A DNA stretch of 64,000 nucleotides, taken from the NCBI GenBank assembly GCA_002633005.1, contig NMRA01000096.1:62001-126000 (forward strand), written 5' to 3'. Numbering within the stretch: position 1 is the first letter of the stretch; each line of letters begins with the position of its first letter. Source of the stretch: Phoronis australis. Lineage: Eukaryota > Animalia > Phoronida. The translations under genes were made by a program, and so were the position numbers. Below, one piece after another: positions 34,101-46,800 of this stretch. The notes beneath the pieces are model-generated. The model had not been told where the DNA came from and did not search any database. It was given only the letters and a program-made list of their open reading frames with translations.

Positions 34101-37100
34101 GTGGCTTGCTATTTCAAGCTTTTCTCAACTGCATAACTGTATCCAACCTTCCAGTGCCAGCAAAAGTGCTGCAACTTCGACAGCAAAAAGTTGGATAAAA
34201 TTGGGAAGTATCGCTAATGTAACAATGAGTTTTCCTTCCTGAAGTACAAAGGAGATCGCTTTGGCCTTTTATACAATGGAAGTAAACATATTACGAATAC
34301 TTCATCCAGGACCATCTTTATACAAAGCTACTTGTGTATGTACATATTGCCATAGCGCACAAATCTTAACCCGTTTCTTTTTAAAATGTGGCACTTTGGT
34401 GTTTCGGTCCTCCAAGTTTGGTAGTGATTTGATCATAGTGTTGATATGATATGTATTTCCCAGGTATCTGGGAACTTGAGCAAGATCAGAAGATATCTTC
34501 AGAAGAAAGAAATCTGCACACCCTTGGTCCTGCCAGGCGAGTAGCTGAACAGCCCTTTTTAATTGTAACAGGTAGATTAATTTTTGTTTTGCAGTGTGGC
34601 TGTTCACGGACAGTTGTTGCGATTGAAGTGGCTTATCATCTTGTATTACTTAATGTTCACGAATAACACGAGGTGTTTTGTTCTTCCAAGGACAGCAGAA
34701 CCAACTGAAATCATTGCGAGAAGTCTTTTCTAGTTTTGCATGAGTATTTTATGCAAATGCTTATTAGATCACACTGGATGTGAAACCACAGGAACATGAA
34801 GGTATCTTTAAGATAGTGCCCCAGGTTGGAGTTATCAAAAACATTTTAAAATCCATAAACAAGGCACTCAGATGTTTGCGGATTTTCAATTGCTTCTTTT
34901 TCAAAAACTGGTATTTCATTTTTCTTGCAGTCTTATCATTTTGTATTCCAGGGACTCAAGGTGACCTTGAGACTAGCGCCACTTTACAGCAGTTGGCCGT
35001 ATATATAGCTAACCTGTTCTATCTTACGTCTGATGCGTACACACCTGTGGTGAGAGACGCTGACATCGCTGAGGACATGCTAAGTACGACATCGCAGCTT
35101 TCTTTCTAGTGTTGAGAAGATATTTCACAGGAATTTTTTTCTTTTGTCATTACCAGGATTTGAAATTTCGTTGCCTGTACAAAACTTATTTTCTGAAACT
35201 TGAATTATGTTTGTAGCATCCTCAGTATGATTTTTTTAGTATTGATGTATTATGTATATTCTGTTTAGTAATGTACTATTTTTAATGTCATATATTATAC
35301 CGTCAGTATTTATTTTATCATTTGTTGACTGTGCCATGAGTAGTTTCCAATGTTTTAAGTATGTAACTTAACAATGCATACACAAATTTATTGGTCATTG
35401 TGATATAAAGGCCAATACCTATGCTTAGGCCTCTTAACTTTCCAAATAGATATTGGTACATTTTCATGATGGAAATATCCCCAATGGGGTTATATTTACC
35501 TGACAGTGTATGCACATCATGGTGGATAACTATTCAACATCTGGACTCATAAATATTTTAACTAGACCACTCTACATTCAGTATCTGATGAAATTGTGTT
35601 GCCTGACACTCAAACACTCAAAGCTGCATTTTGCCCCCTTTTTGGCTGTCAATGTTGATCTCTTAACTGAAGCATTTTGGGATTTAAAAACACTACCACG
35701 CTCATCTCATCCCCAATTATTGTAGAATGAGCTGGCAACTCATATCATAGGCAATACATACATGCAGCATTTTCGTGTCCGCAATTTTAGGGTTGGTCAA
35801 CTAAAATAAACTCTAAATCATTTTCTTCAACTGCTGATGGTTTTGATGCTCAAGTTGGTAACGTTTCGTTTTTAGGCAGCTACATGGTGCAAATGCAGCG
35901 TCAAAGTGAAACTGTAAATTCATTGGCCGAAATCTGTGAACTCTATGACTCATGTCTGAATGGTCAATGAGTCTAGCCATCATGCTGAAATTGAACATTA
36001 AAACATGATCTTTGTTAAATTTGTTGAAATTATTTTCACATATTTTTAAGGTGCACTAACATTAACCGTACTCTTGATTTTTCTAACTTGCTGTTTTACA
36101 GATAAACATAATCTAATCATCATCGGAGGGCCATCACAAAACAAATATGCTGAACAATTTCTCAACGCTGTTCCCTTATTGTACAATGCTAAGTCAGGTA
36201 AGAAAATGACAGCAGAAATCCTCTTTTGGGTTTTATTGACATACTGTCTTTATTTTAAGTTAATAGAACTTGCCTCTACTGTTTATTACATGTTCATAAA
36301 TGTGTTTGAAATAGATATTGAGTCATTGTTAATTTTTTTGTAAATCCTGATGTCTTGTCCCAGTCTCAGTTTTTCAATTTAAGCACAGTTACATTTTAAT
36401 GCACGGTAATGACGTTTTCATCATGCTCATTGGTGATTTCTATATGTTTTTTCAGTTGAACTGATGAAAAATCTCAAAAAGCAGCAAAAGTCACAATACC
36501 TAACTCATGTTTCCACTGGACATTATTCTTCTGGTGGCAATTATTTGTAAGTCTGGTCTGCACGCCACCTGTTGACCACATCACGTGACCTATTGAGTAT
36601 AGGTCTGAAAATATTTCTCCCCCGAGCGGGGCTCGAACCTCAGACCTTCTGCTAAAACCGTGCTGACCACCGGTCAAACACAGAAATTCAATCTGACTTA
36701 GTAGTGAGAATCCCGCTCCTGGTGGTGACGAGTCTCTACAAACAACACTGTTGCCAAAAATTTTCCTCTTATGACAATTTATTCCTGTTTCAGGTTTCCA
36801 GTTGGGCTCGTGCCTCTTCTCCCGGCCCAAGACTGGAGCTCTGTTCTTGTCTCCTCATGGGCCAGACCACCTTGCCTTGGTGCTGATGGCTCACTCAATG
36901 CATAGTCTATATGATGTGGTCAGTTTAGCCTCACCAACTATTCCACCCATGACAAGATCGCCTGTAAGTAAAATTCATGGGTAAATTTTCCTCCTTGTTG
37001 AGTTTGAGTTATGACAAATCTTTTGCGTAAACGTGAATCCACAGTAAAAGACATTTTATTATCATAATTTGGCATCAAGAATTTTTTTTTGATTTTGAAA

Positions 37101-37445
37101 ATTGGAAAAATTTTTATCAAAATTCAGAAGAATTGTTGTCATTGCATTTATTTCATTTCCCAGTCTGCTTCATTGACACGGTACTTATATCAGCATATAA
37201 ACAGCGTCACCAAAATTATAGGGTTCTGTCTAGTAGATAATCTGTAGAGAAATTCTTACAAACAAGATCTTCCCTCTAATTGCTGTATTATGAATTTCTC
37301 TCTGTTTCAGTTCTCCAACCTAATTCCAGACTTCATTCTCACCGGTAGTCAGTACAGAGCTAGAGGTCCTGGAGGTTACTTGTGTGCTGGATTTTGGGGA
37401 AATTCCTGGGAGTTCAAAGCTGAACTGGCCTCCTGTTCTTGTTAA
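22174..37445 (+). CDS. Secreted alpha/beta-hydrolase (peptidase S9/esterase-like; resembles the 'uncharacterized secreted protein ARB_06907-like' family), ~996 codons, one in-frame TGA at 26788-26790
   Basis: 15 GT-AG exons in phase: 22174-22248 (signal-peptide-like MKLVLFSFTAVCCSLFVQSA), 25066-25182, 25708-26936, 27686-27816 (RHGAHNWEGPG), 28753-28879 (GHSMGGHGAW nucleophile elbow), 29365-29464, 30009-30157 (GANDQTV Asp; GKEHWW His), 31473-31716, 32946-33053, 33373-33442, 34464-34571, 34952-35083, 36102-36197, 36794-36963, 37311-37445 (GFWGNSWEF...CSC-TAA). Family name is from recall. The internal TGA means this could be a null allele. Confidence 0.85.
22517..22814. mobile_element. GC-rich MITE-like insertion in hydrolase intron 1
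   Basis: aggcagattcaggggggg ... cccccc...tagatccgccactg termini, similar to the 5518/25407 family. Confidence 0.45.
25407..25564 (+). mobile_element. ~155-bp GC-rich MITE, same family as 5518-5670
   Basis: cggcagatccaggattttgagtt ... ctaaatctgccactg; collinear with the reverse complement of 5518-5670. Confidence 0.65.
31771..32280. mobile_element. Palindromic element with two divergently oriented tRNA-like units
   Basis: ~200-bp inverted arms at 31771-31969 and 32084-32280. tRNA-like units at 31803-31885 (-) and 32167-32247 (+) with A box TAGCTCAGTGG, B box (G/C)GTTCGATTCC-like and stem CTAGA-CYGGCAA-TCTAG. Confidence 0.7.
33700..33848. mobile_element. PIF/Harbinger-type MITE
   Basis: Imperfect TIRs GGCCCAGTTGCATAAAA / TTTTATGCAACCCAGCC flanked by a 3-bp CTG duplication. 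Confidence 0.65.
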
Positions 37446-37449
37446 TAAA
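37444..37449 (+). terminator. Polyadenylation signal overlapping the hydrolase stop codon (distal AATAAA also at 39420-39425)
   Basis: TGT TAATAAAA: AATAAA overlaps the TAA stop codon. Confidence 0.4.
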
Positions 37450-40400
37450 ACATAGCGGAAGAAAATCACTACAGGGCCTTCAAGAAGTGCAGCAGGGTTA
37501 TGGTGAAGATTGCTATAAAATAATCTTGACACTTTTGTGTACACAAGATTCTGAGTCAGTAAAAAAGGAAAGCATTTTAAACATTACATGCAGTAGGCAG
37601 ACTTGTTGTACAAAACTCTTGTGAAAGTAATGAGAGCGTTGCTATTTGTCTGCAGGTTTATTAGGGAGGGAAGTTCACCATTTCGTAGCAGGTACACGGA
37701 CAGTTTTTTAGTATTTCCTTAATAATATCCTTGACCCACAAAAGGTGGGGCTTCACTCTTCTTTGTGTTTGGTTGTATCACCATCAGTGCTGTTTTCAGG
37801 ACAAAGGGGGTTGGCAAGTGGGGACTGATATCCATCATCACATTACTCAGAGCAACACAGAATAATCAACATCTCTTGGATCCTGGGAATTTTTGAAAGA
37901 GCCTATTTTCCCGATGTGAATTTCTATTTAAATATTTTCCAGTTCCCGCTTACATGAAGTAATCTCTAACAGGGACTTGACTAATTTCCCTAAATCTTTG
38001 GGTTTTTTGTGTCTTTGTTTCCGCAGAAATTTTATGTTTTCTATCATGTTATCTTTGACTAGTGACATTTCTAATACTGAAAAACTGAGCCCTTATTTCA
38101 ATGAAAATAATTAGGGACTTAGTCCTTAAATTGGGAGAGTTGTATAGATTGATATTCATTTTTACAGATATTGAGAAATCAACATAAAGTTTACTTTCAA
38201 TGTAAATGAAATCCAAAAAATCACAGTAATAAAAATGAAACTATTGTATTAAAGAGAGTTAATGTTTTCACGAGACCACAAGTGCAGTGAAAAGAAACAT
38301 TGTTGAATCCCTATTTGGGACTGTTCCATGCAACCATACACAGGGGTCCCTTTCTGAAAAGGTCATGATAATCCTTTGGAGTCTTTTATTGCCGAATGCA
38401 GAGCTCTTATTGATCATGGACTTGGAAAACCAACTAGAGTTTTCGTTTTCTTGGCTGTGTAACTTATAGAGAAGTCGTGAGTTGCTTCAGTTTAATTGAC
38501 ATGTGATGACACTTTGAAGCATTGTAACGGCCCTTTCATGGAGGAAAAGTGAGAAATTGATCAGAATTTCTTACTGTTTTGACAGAATTTTACGCCCCGT
38601 GCCTGGGCATGTAAAGCAGCCGCTGTATTCATGGGGGATTTTTCTAAAATTGTTTCATGTTTCAGGAAAAGACCCTAATGGGGCTGTTTTTACGGGAGCT
38701 CTTTCAGAAATCCCTGGTAGAAATGATGGGTAGTTTCACGTAATGTGGGTGCACCTTATGTTTGTTTACAGGGTGTGTCAATTGAGACACTAAAAAGTAG
38801 TGGCTATTTATAGAACTATAATAGATTTGGATTCATGAGGTGTTACAATTCCATTTTGCTACCGCTAACTCTTGACTGGTTCCAAGTGATATCCCTGACC
38901 ACAACAAAGTTTAATTTTATTGATCTTTTGTGTGGGACTGAGGAACAGAGTGAGTGTAAAGCTGTTTTTACACGAGGAACACTTGACATGGTGCGAGTTG
39001 TCACGACACGAGTTGCTCCACTTAAGATGCATTTACACACCACGTATGACTTATGAAACTCCTATATCCTTTGGGCGCATGGGAGCATTCTTTAGACATT
39101 TTTTTTGACTATGTCATTACCTCTTTGTCAGTTAGAGGGCAGCAGTTGTCTGTGTAACGTGATCAGTCTTCTATTGTCCAAAGAAGCACTTGTGATCAGT
39201 AAAATTATGTTTTAACTTTAATTTGACCCTCTTATTGGCTAGTGTATACTTGGGTGTTTATCTGTTTTTTTTCTGACGCTGCATTCCATACTATTTACAT
39301 ATGATAGCTGTGTACAATTGAAGAATAACTTCTTGATTATTCTGTCAGTGATTTTGTAAATGCAGTATTGCTTGACCTGGGTCATCTATTTGTTGTTTGT
39401 TATGCTTGTCTAATGTGTTAATAAAAACTTAAAAGGGGCAAAAAACCTGTGGTCTAGTGTCAAAACCTAGTTATTGATTTACTGTACGTACTGTTGAAGA
39501 GGTCTCGTCGTTTTCATTGTCGTAAATCCAAAAAACCTGAAATTTTGCGTTTGTTACCCTCCCTCGTAGCCAACAATTTCACGTTTACCCCTTGTGCCAC
39601 CAGCGCTAATCTTGTTCCTTACTCATATTGGAAATGATTTTTGAAGTCATTATCGCTTCAAACCAGGCTTATTAAGTTGATTGCCATGGAGAGCTAGTTT
39701 CACCCAATGAAGGTAGAATGGCTGTCAAGAATTCTAGGAAGCTTAATGTAACCAATTTCAATTCAAGCAAAGGTTAAGAACGTAATGACCTTTGCAAAAG
39801 CAGATGTGTTTGTGAATAGGAAAATGTCTTCGATGCAATTTGTGTCTTTTTCAAGACCAGTGCTCTTCAGAACACCAGTAAAATGCACACAAGTTAAGGA
39901 AATTAATGTTGGACGACACTAGTTTTGTGTACCTTAGTATGCTTTTGGGTAATGGTCTGACATAACGTGTGTGAATTTTGAGAACCAGTTTTCTCCAGTG
40001 AATAACGGGCATCAAATTGGTTCACAAAATACGGGCACATTATATAAGACTATTGCCTCCTTTTGTAAACTGTTTCTGTTCAACGAAATATATTTACATG
40101 ACATCAGGAAGAGATCTTCCTGATGACATGCAATAACATCAAAACCAATTTCCGAGGTCATATTTTAAAAAGTAGCTTAAAGTTAATTAGGATATGACTT
40201 CAATGTGTTTTGTGACCTGAAAACAGTCTTTATACTTATAAACACATAACCAACATGCACTTAAGAAGAAATTTATTTACAACGTGTGATTTTTTTCATG
40301 CATAACTAGAAAAATAGCCTTTGATATTAGAATAGAAAACAAAGTAGACATTTTGTCAATAGAGGGGGTGTTAGCTCCATACAGAAAAGTAAAATAAAGA

Positions 40401-40583
40401 GAAAATGACTGTCAAACCACAGTTAATTAATCTGCTGTATTAATTTACAGGTAAATTTTTTTGAAAGCTAAGATTGGTTTTATTGTTTATCTTCTGCATA
40501 GTACTCAAATACAGATTTATCTCCCGATTGCGACCAGATTGCTTTCAGAAACTTGAGTGCAAACATTTCCCACAATTCCTCGT

Positions 40584-40660
40584 GTGACGTCACCAGCCAA
40601 AATAAAGCTGAACAGCATTCGAGAAGCACAACCAAAACACTGGCGCTTTTTAATATAAAT
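40584..40660 (+). promoter_or_regulatory. Probable WDR26 core promoter: palindromic CRE/ATF site and TATA box
   Basis: GTGACGTCAC at 40584-40593 and TATAAAT at 40654-40660, about 140-215 bp upstream of the WDR26 ATG. Confidence 0.5.
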
Positions 40661-40716
40661 CGAAAGGTTGGTTTGTATTCCTGGTTAATACAAGCCACTG
40701 GTGTTGTGTAGCAGAA

Positions 40717-40800
40717 CTGGCATCCTCCTCGGACTCAGAAGACGGTGGCGTTTCGTACCCACCGCGGAAAAAACAGCGTATCTCTCGTGATTGTTTAAGA
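40717..40800 (+). CDS. WDR26: Putative CUG-initiated in-frame N-terminal extension of WDR26 (28 aa, (M)ASSSDSEDGGVSYPPRKKQRISRDCLR)
   Basis: Open and in frame with ATG 40801. No AUG between the in-frame TAA at 40651-40653 and 40801. CTG sits in gaaCTGg context. The peptide resembles the recalled human ACG-initiated extension (SSSSDSDTGGASPPPRKKPR). Confidence 0.65.
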
Positions 40801-43800
40801 ATGCAAACCAATGGCTGCACTCAGCAACACAATGGATCAACAAGGGATGTGGATACTTGCAATACGGTCGCCCATATGAAAGCAGTGACTTCTAGACTTG
40901 GTCTAAAGGGAGACTGTACAAGGACAAATGTTCCACAAAAACTTGGTCGAACAGACCAAGATATTGTTAGACTAATTGGCCAACATCTCAAGTCACTTGG
41001 ATTCAAGTAAGTTCTGAGTTATTAATCACTTGTCTTGTGACTTAAATATCATTTCCCACTTTTTTGTCTGATATTTTGCTGTGTTTAGTCACGAATTTTG
41101 TGTCACCTTTGGGTGGTCTGAAGAAACTAGTTGTTAAATCTAAAATACTAGTACTCTAGTACCTGTAAGCTATTGGTGATGAATTATGGATTAAGTAATG
41201 TTTTGTTATGGCCCAACTGCTCATTGACCAATCAGCATTCACTGACAAATGGGTCAACACCTCCATCAGCTGACCAGGCCTTTGTATGTTTTCTTCTATT
41301 TACAAAAACCCGAACCTTTGTACTTGCAATGTATGGACACTCAATCCTTTCAAGTTTCATGTTGTCTCATGATTTGCATTGAAGATTGGGGTGTGCATAG
41401 CAGGTGAGGGTTGGGATGTCGGATGGGTGTGCCCCAGCCTGTTTCATGTTAGTCACTGCTGAATCATATGTCAATCTCGATTCCAAACTGTAATAACTCT
41501 CACATAAGACTTAGTGAGATATAACACTGCTTTATACCAAGGCTATGCATAGTAACACAATAAAATCCATTTTCAGTGACAAGTTGATTGTAAGAGCAAT
41601 TTAATTAACCCTTCTGAGGCCAATTGTTTTCATCATATCTTCCAAAACAATCTTCTGAAATCTCCAGAGATTGATGGTATAAGCACGAATATGTCATCTG
41701 GATCTGGTAAACAAGCGGTCACATTCTTCCAATTCAGGGCTCAATTTGTTGATCTGCAGCTGGCCTAGATATAAAACTTGGTTTAGTGGCCTGCTAAAAT
41801 CCTAGGTCATCACAAAGTCGCGAAGCGCACATCCAAGTAAAATATTTGAGGAATTAAGGAAAATATCAGAAGGGCCCGTATCTAGGTCATGCCCAGGCAA
41901 TGTAGGTCTCTTTCCAGCTTCCAGCACACAGTCAGTGTGCAAACCAAAAATACAGTCAAGCTGTTGACTGACTTTCTAATTTAGAAGGTCATATGAGTGG
42001 ACTAGCCTGTCAGGTGTCACCCAGCGTGGGGGGTCACTCATGTTGACAAGGTGCCCGCAGGTGTACACCAAAAATCGCTGAGAAACCCCTAATGCGGGTG
42101 CCAGGTCTGTTAATTACCATCCCCTTTTGCGGGGTAGACTTTTCTGCCTCATCCCCTTATGCAAGGTAATTTTTTTTACTGCACCCCTACATCTGCTGCG
42201 AGCGACATTTTTGAAAGCAGACAGCATATGTTGGAGGTGCTCATATTTCGACCTCCAAAGCCAAAAGAACACACCATAAATTCTGGAAGTTGATTCAATT
42301 TAACCACTTCTGAGTAGTGTCCCGGCAGGTTTACGATTATTGCTTATTTCTGAAGTTCTTATAATCGTTTTAGTACGTATTCTGAATATTATAAGGAAAA
42401 TCAATAGTGATACTTATTGCGGTTAAAAAAAAGGGCCAGCGCGCCTTGTGCGGGGCTGAGGCCAATGCAATGTGTCTTTTCTGGGAACGAAATGGAAATC
42501 TAGAGGCCTATTCGACCTCGCGCAGGTTCCGCAAAACTTGCTAAAAAAGCATTACCTACCCACAATTTTTGGTACACGCCTGCGGTCACCTTGTCAATAT
42601 GAGTGACACCCGTGGCTTCAGCACCATGCATTTACTTAGAACACCAGCTCAACACTTGGTATGCATGCAGTAACATTATAAATATGTTGCCGCTACCTAT
42701 ACAGCATCAACATGGGATTAAAAGTGAACGAAAATTATTGTGATCATGCGAGTCAATCTGTGCCCTTGTTGGGAGGCCCAACCTATGTTGCGCAATGCCG
42801 TTTAAATGACCTATCATAAGCCTGAATAGATTGGGGCCATCTAGCCTCTACTATAGTCTAAGGTAATGTGTGCCAAAACAAATGAAAAAGCCGCCGGGAC
42901 AATTTTGGGTACAACTGCAGGCATTTGCTGAGTTTGCCATCTTTTCAATCCGTGTATCTCGTTTATTTCATTCTTATCTCATGTTTGGCAATTAACCTGG
43001 AAATTTGGCCATGTCACATTTAGCGTGTTAACACGATGCTAAGCGTTGAGATATGGATGTATCAGGCATGAATTTCAAATATTGTCGATATAATTATTTG
43101 TTATCTTAGGTTTTGCCAAAGTTTAACCTTGTATCTCTGTGCAGAATGGAGTATTGACCGATAGAACTAGTGGATTTTCAGAATAATTTGACTCGTCTCA
43201 GTTATGAGTCTGCATTTTGTCATCACGAGATTTACTCCATCTCCAAACTGGCGTGAAAGATTGCCCAACGTACTCAGAAACATTGTTGTCCTCATACAAG
43301 ACTGACAGTCCCAAATGCATGAATTTAACCAATGTACTTTTGATCTACTAAAGCAATGAATCAGTATATATTTTTAACACAACATAAAATTTTCTTTCAA
43401 AACAAAATTTCAGACTAATGTAACAATGTGATTTCTTGTTGTAACCTTAGCTATTTGTCAGTGAATCATGAAGAGAGAGAATGTTTTCAATTGTGGTTCA
43501 AACTGTTTTCCCCATAATAACCTATCAGTGCATGGTTTTCATCTGGACTCAGTTGAGCACCTAGCTTTGGTGGTAGTGTTGATTACCATACAGAGTATGA
43601 CCCCTTTATAACTTACAGTAACCCCTTTTAGAAAGTAAGCCCAGGGACCCATTTCTAGGAGCTGTGAAAAAGTCGCCCTTTCCTGGAGTTTATCCACATA
43701 ATGATCCCTGTTTGTAGAAGTTTTAAAGCATAAAAATGTTGAGCTATAGAAATAAATGTGAATAAAGAGCTATTCAGATTGTGTTCGTGTTAACAAAATA

Positions 43801-46800
43801 CCTCGATAAAATGTGAAACCCTTCTGTCCAGTACAAATGGACCCTTATTTTTTGTAGAGTTCCAACCCTAAACATGAACAGTTTTGTACCTGAAATTGTT
43901 ACAGTTAGAAAGGTTCCTTTGTGGAAGCTAGGGGAAGCTAGCTGTCAAATATCATCCATCTCAGCAGGATGCCCCAAACGTTAAAATCTCACCAATATAG
44001 GACAAAAATAATTGCCAAATTTCGTTTTTTTTCATTTTTTAAGGGCTTCCGGCATTATTGTGAATATCAACAATTTTTCAAAATAATTGCTCAGATGATA
44101 GCTATGGTACAGATCGTGAACATGAAAAACTATTTATGTGGTACTGCACATCTTTTATGCGGAAAGTGAAAAATTAAGATTTCACACGTCCTTCATGTTG
44201 AAATTGGTGAAATTTTACCTTATATGACATTTATGTAAGTAACCCGGGTATTTTCATATCTCTTTTCGTCTTGTGCGCCTACATGTGAAGTCGTGCCTGT
44301 ATATCTAGACTTGGGTGGACACATCTGCCTTTGTGAAACACTGGAGTAAAACCAAAGAGCAAATGTTTCCAATAGTGTGGGAATGAAACTTGACTTTTCC
44401 GTTACAAAATAGGAGATGACAAGTATTCAAGTTAACAATTGTTTAGATGAAATGTACTAAAAATGGACGAAAAATGCCAGAAGTCTGTTTAAGACTTGCA
44501 CATATCAACAAAAGGCACTCACCTGTCTCCAAAAGGGAAGCTTAGGTGCCTATATATGTGTGTACAACACATCACTAGAATTTTTCTTTGAGAATTTTTA
44601 TTTTGGATAATGGGCAGGCACACTTGTCTTAATTGATAGTACTCAGGTCAATCCATCGTCCGTCATGTAGACACTCTTGCTCAAAGGTGTGGTTCAATTT
44701 TACAGTGAGCATGGCACAAAAGTATGTGCCTGCTTTAGAGGTTAATCTTTTATCACATTTTAATTCAAAATCTTCAAGACTGCAGGTTTTTATAGTTTCA
44801 TTGACCTCTGGTGAAGTACAGAGCAATGCCCTTTTGTCAAGACGAGTCCACCAGAACACTGTGGAGCACATTTCCAACTGACTGTTTTTGTACAGACAAT
44901 TCAGTGCGTGCATCTGGTGTTTCTAACACCTTAGTAGTTTTGTGATGCTTTTTGTTTTGGCGTATACAATTGTGGGTTGCACTTAGTTGTTCTTAGAATG
45001 TTAGTCTAGATGTAGATTAGCTTTGGTGCTGAATTCCGACACACATTTTGGTGTTGTTATCTTGAGCGTTTTGGCTTTGCTATACGAAGTTTAGCTGATC
45101 ATCAAGAGAATGTCAGTGAACATGCTTTTTGTACACCCCCAAAGAAGAACATGGCGTCAAACAAATTGTAAACTTATTGTCCAATTTGACACTATCTGAA
45201 GAGTGTTGTTTCATTTCTAATCATTATCTGTTGCGGACAAAAACTGAACAAACATTGCGTGAGTGTAAGTGCAGTCATATATTGGCTTTGGTACATTGAT
45301 TTTTCATGAGTTTTATGGATGAAAAACGCATTTTTGGGATTATTGTTGCAGTTATTAGTTTTGACCAAAGCTATAAAATAACAAATTTGTTTGTTTTTGA
45401 GATTTTAAACAATAATAATAGTAATGTTACAAGTCGCCAATTCTCAGCAATGTCAACCACTCCCAGACATTCTCTGAAATCAAGGCACTTGGTCTTTTAC
45501 TATTTGAATAGTTTACACTATTAATAAACACCTGGGATTTGGCTCAATGGCAGAGTATTCTAGTGCTACTGCGGGGCTAGTGGGTACTAGCAACCCGTAC
45601 TAATTTCTGTAAAATTACCTTTCTCCCCGAGAATCTTGCTGTAACACCCTAGTACAAGAACGGACATTTGAATGAACTAGGTCTCTAATCATAAACCTGT
45701 TTGCGCAACTTGTGCATTATTCAGATGAGAAGTGATTTCATGGCTTTGGAAGAACTTTCAACTTTACTGAAGACGAAGTTGAAGTTGGTATTCATGTCAC
45801 AGTAAAATCTCACTGAAATAATCGTACAAAAACAATTGCCAAAATTGGTCTTTTTTCATTTTTCAAACCCTTCTAATATTGTTTTGAATGTCCACAGTTG
45901 CTGGAAACGTCTGAAGGTAGCTATGGCATAGATATTTATAACGGTATAGCATCTATTTGGTGCTACTTATTTATTTTAAAGAATGAAAACAAAATTTCAC
46001 TTGTCCGCCATATTGCCCTAAATTGGGGAGATTTTACCATAAGTCTCTCTTTTGTTATGTTTACTACTGGTCAACAGTGTGTTAGATGATGACAGTTCTT
46101 TATCAATATGGCAGACAAGGGAAATTTTATTTTGTAGAATCGATGAACAAAATGAAGAGTTTGTCTTTTTTAGCGTGGTATGTAACCAGTGTAGTTGTTA
46201 TAAAAACAACATTTAACAAATGTTCCAGGATTTGTAGTGCAGGTAAATACATCTATCTGTAAAATGGACTATCAGTTTCGGCAATTATTCTTGCGAAGAA
46301 TTATTGTAAACTGTTGTAAACTGTTCAGTTGCATCATGGGATATGGGACCCTCATGTCAGACCAATATGTTCTGTTGAAAGAGGCATCCTCTGTAAAGAG
46401 TGCTGTTAAAATTATGGAGATGGAATTGGAAATGGGATTTTCTGCTTTTGTACAAATTTTTAAAGGAGATCGTAAATTAACCATGTGATCGTGTTTCCCT
46501 TTTCCTGGCGCTGCCTTTGGATCCAGTGTTACATTTGTTGTTTGTGACGAGTTTCTTTCTCTTGATCATACAATCCAGTGTTCCAAGCAGTCATCACTTG
46601 ATAAAATGCTTCAGACAATCATGAAGTTCAGTTTGCCGAACATCAGAAGTATATGTTGATATGAATTCAGTCCATCGAATTCCAGGTACGATGTTTCCTA
46701 TTAAAATACAGTCCATCGAATTTCTGATACAATGTATCCGATTGAAATTCAGTCATTTATAGTATTTGTGGTCTTTCTGTACTAAGCCAGTAGCATCTCT

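Noticed and set aside
36614-36680. Minus-strand B-box-like GGTTCGAGCCC
   Set aside because: No clear A box or cloverleaf; at most a SINE relic.
39301-39337. SECIS-like ATGA-N11-AA-N17-GA pattern in the putative long 3' UTR (similar at 38235 and 37953)
   Set aside because: The spacing fits at 39301 and 38235 but helix II does not pair, and the spacing is too short at 37953. A covariance-model search is needed to exclude this fully.
21642-40803. Functional 'translational-control cluster' (GCN2, a UGA-containing gene and non-AUG WDR26)
   Set aside because: Adjacency in an animal genome is not evidence of a shared system, and nothing in the sequence links the three.
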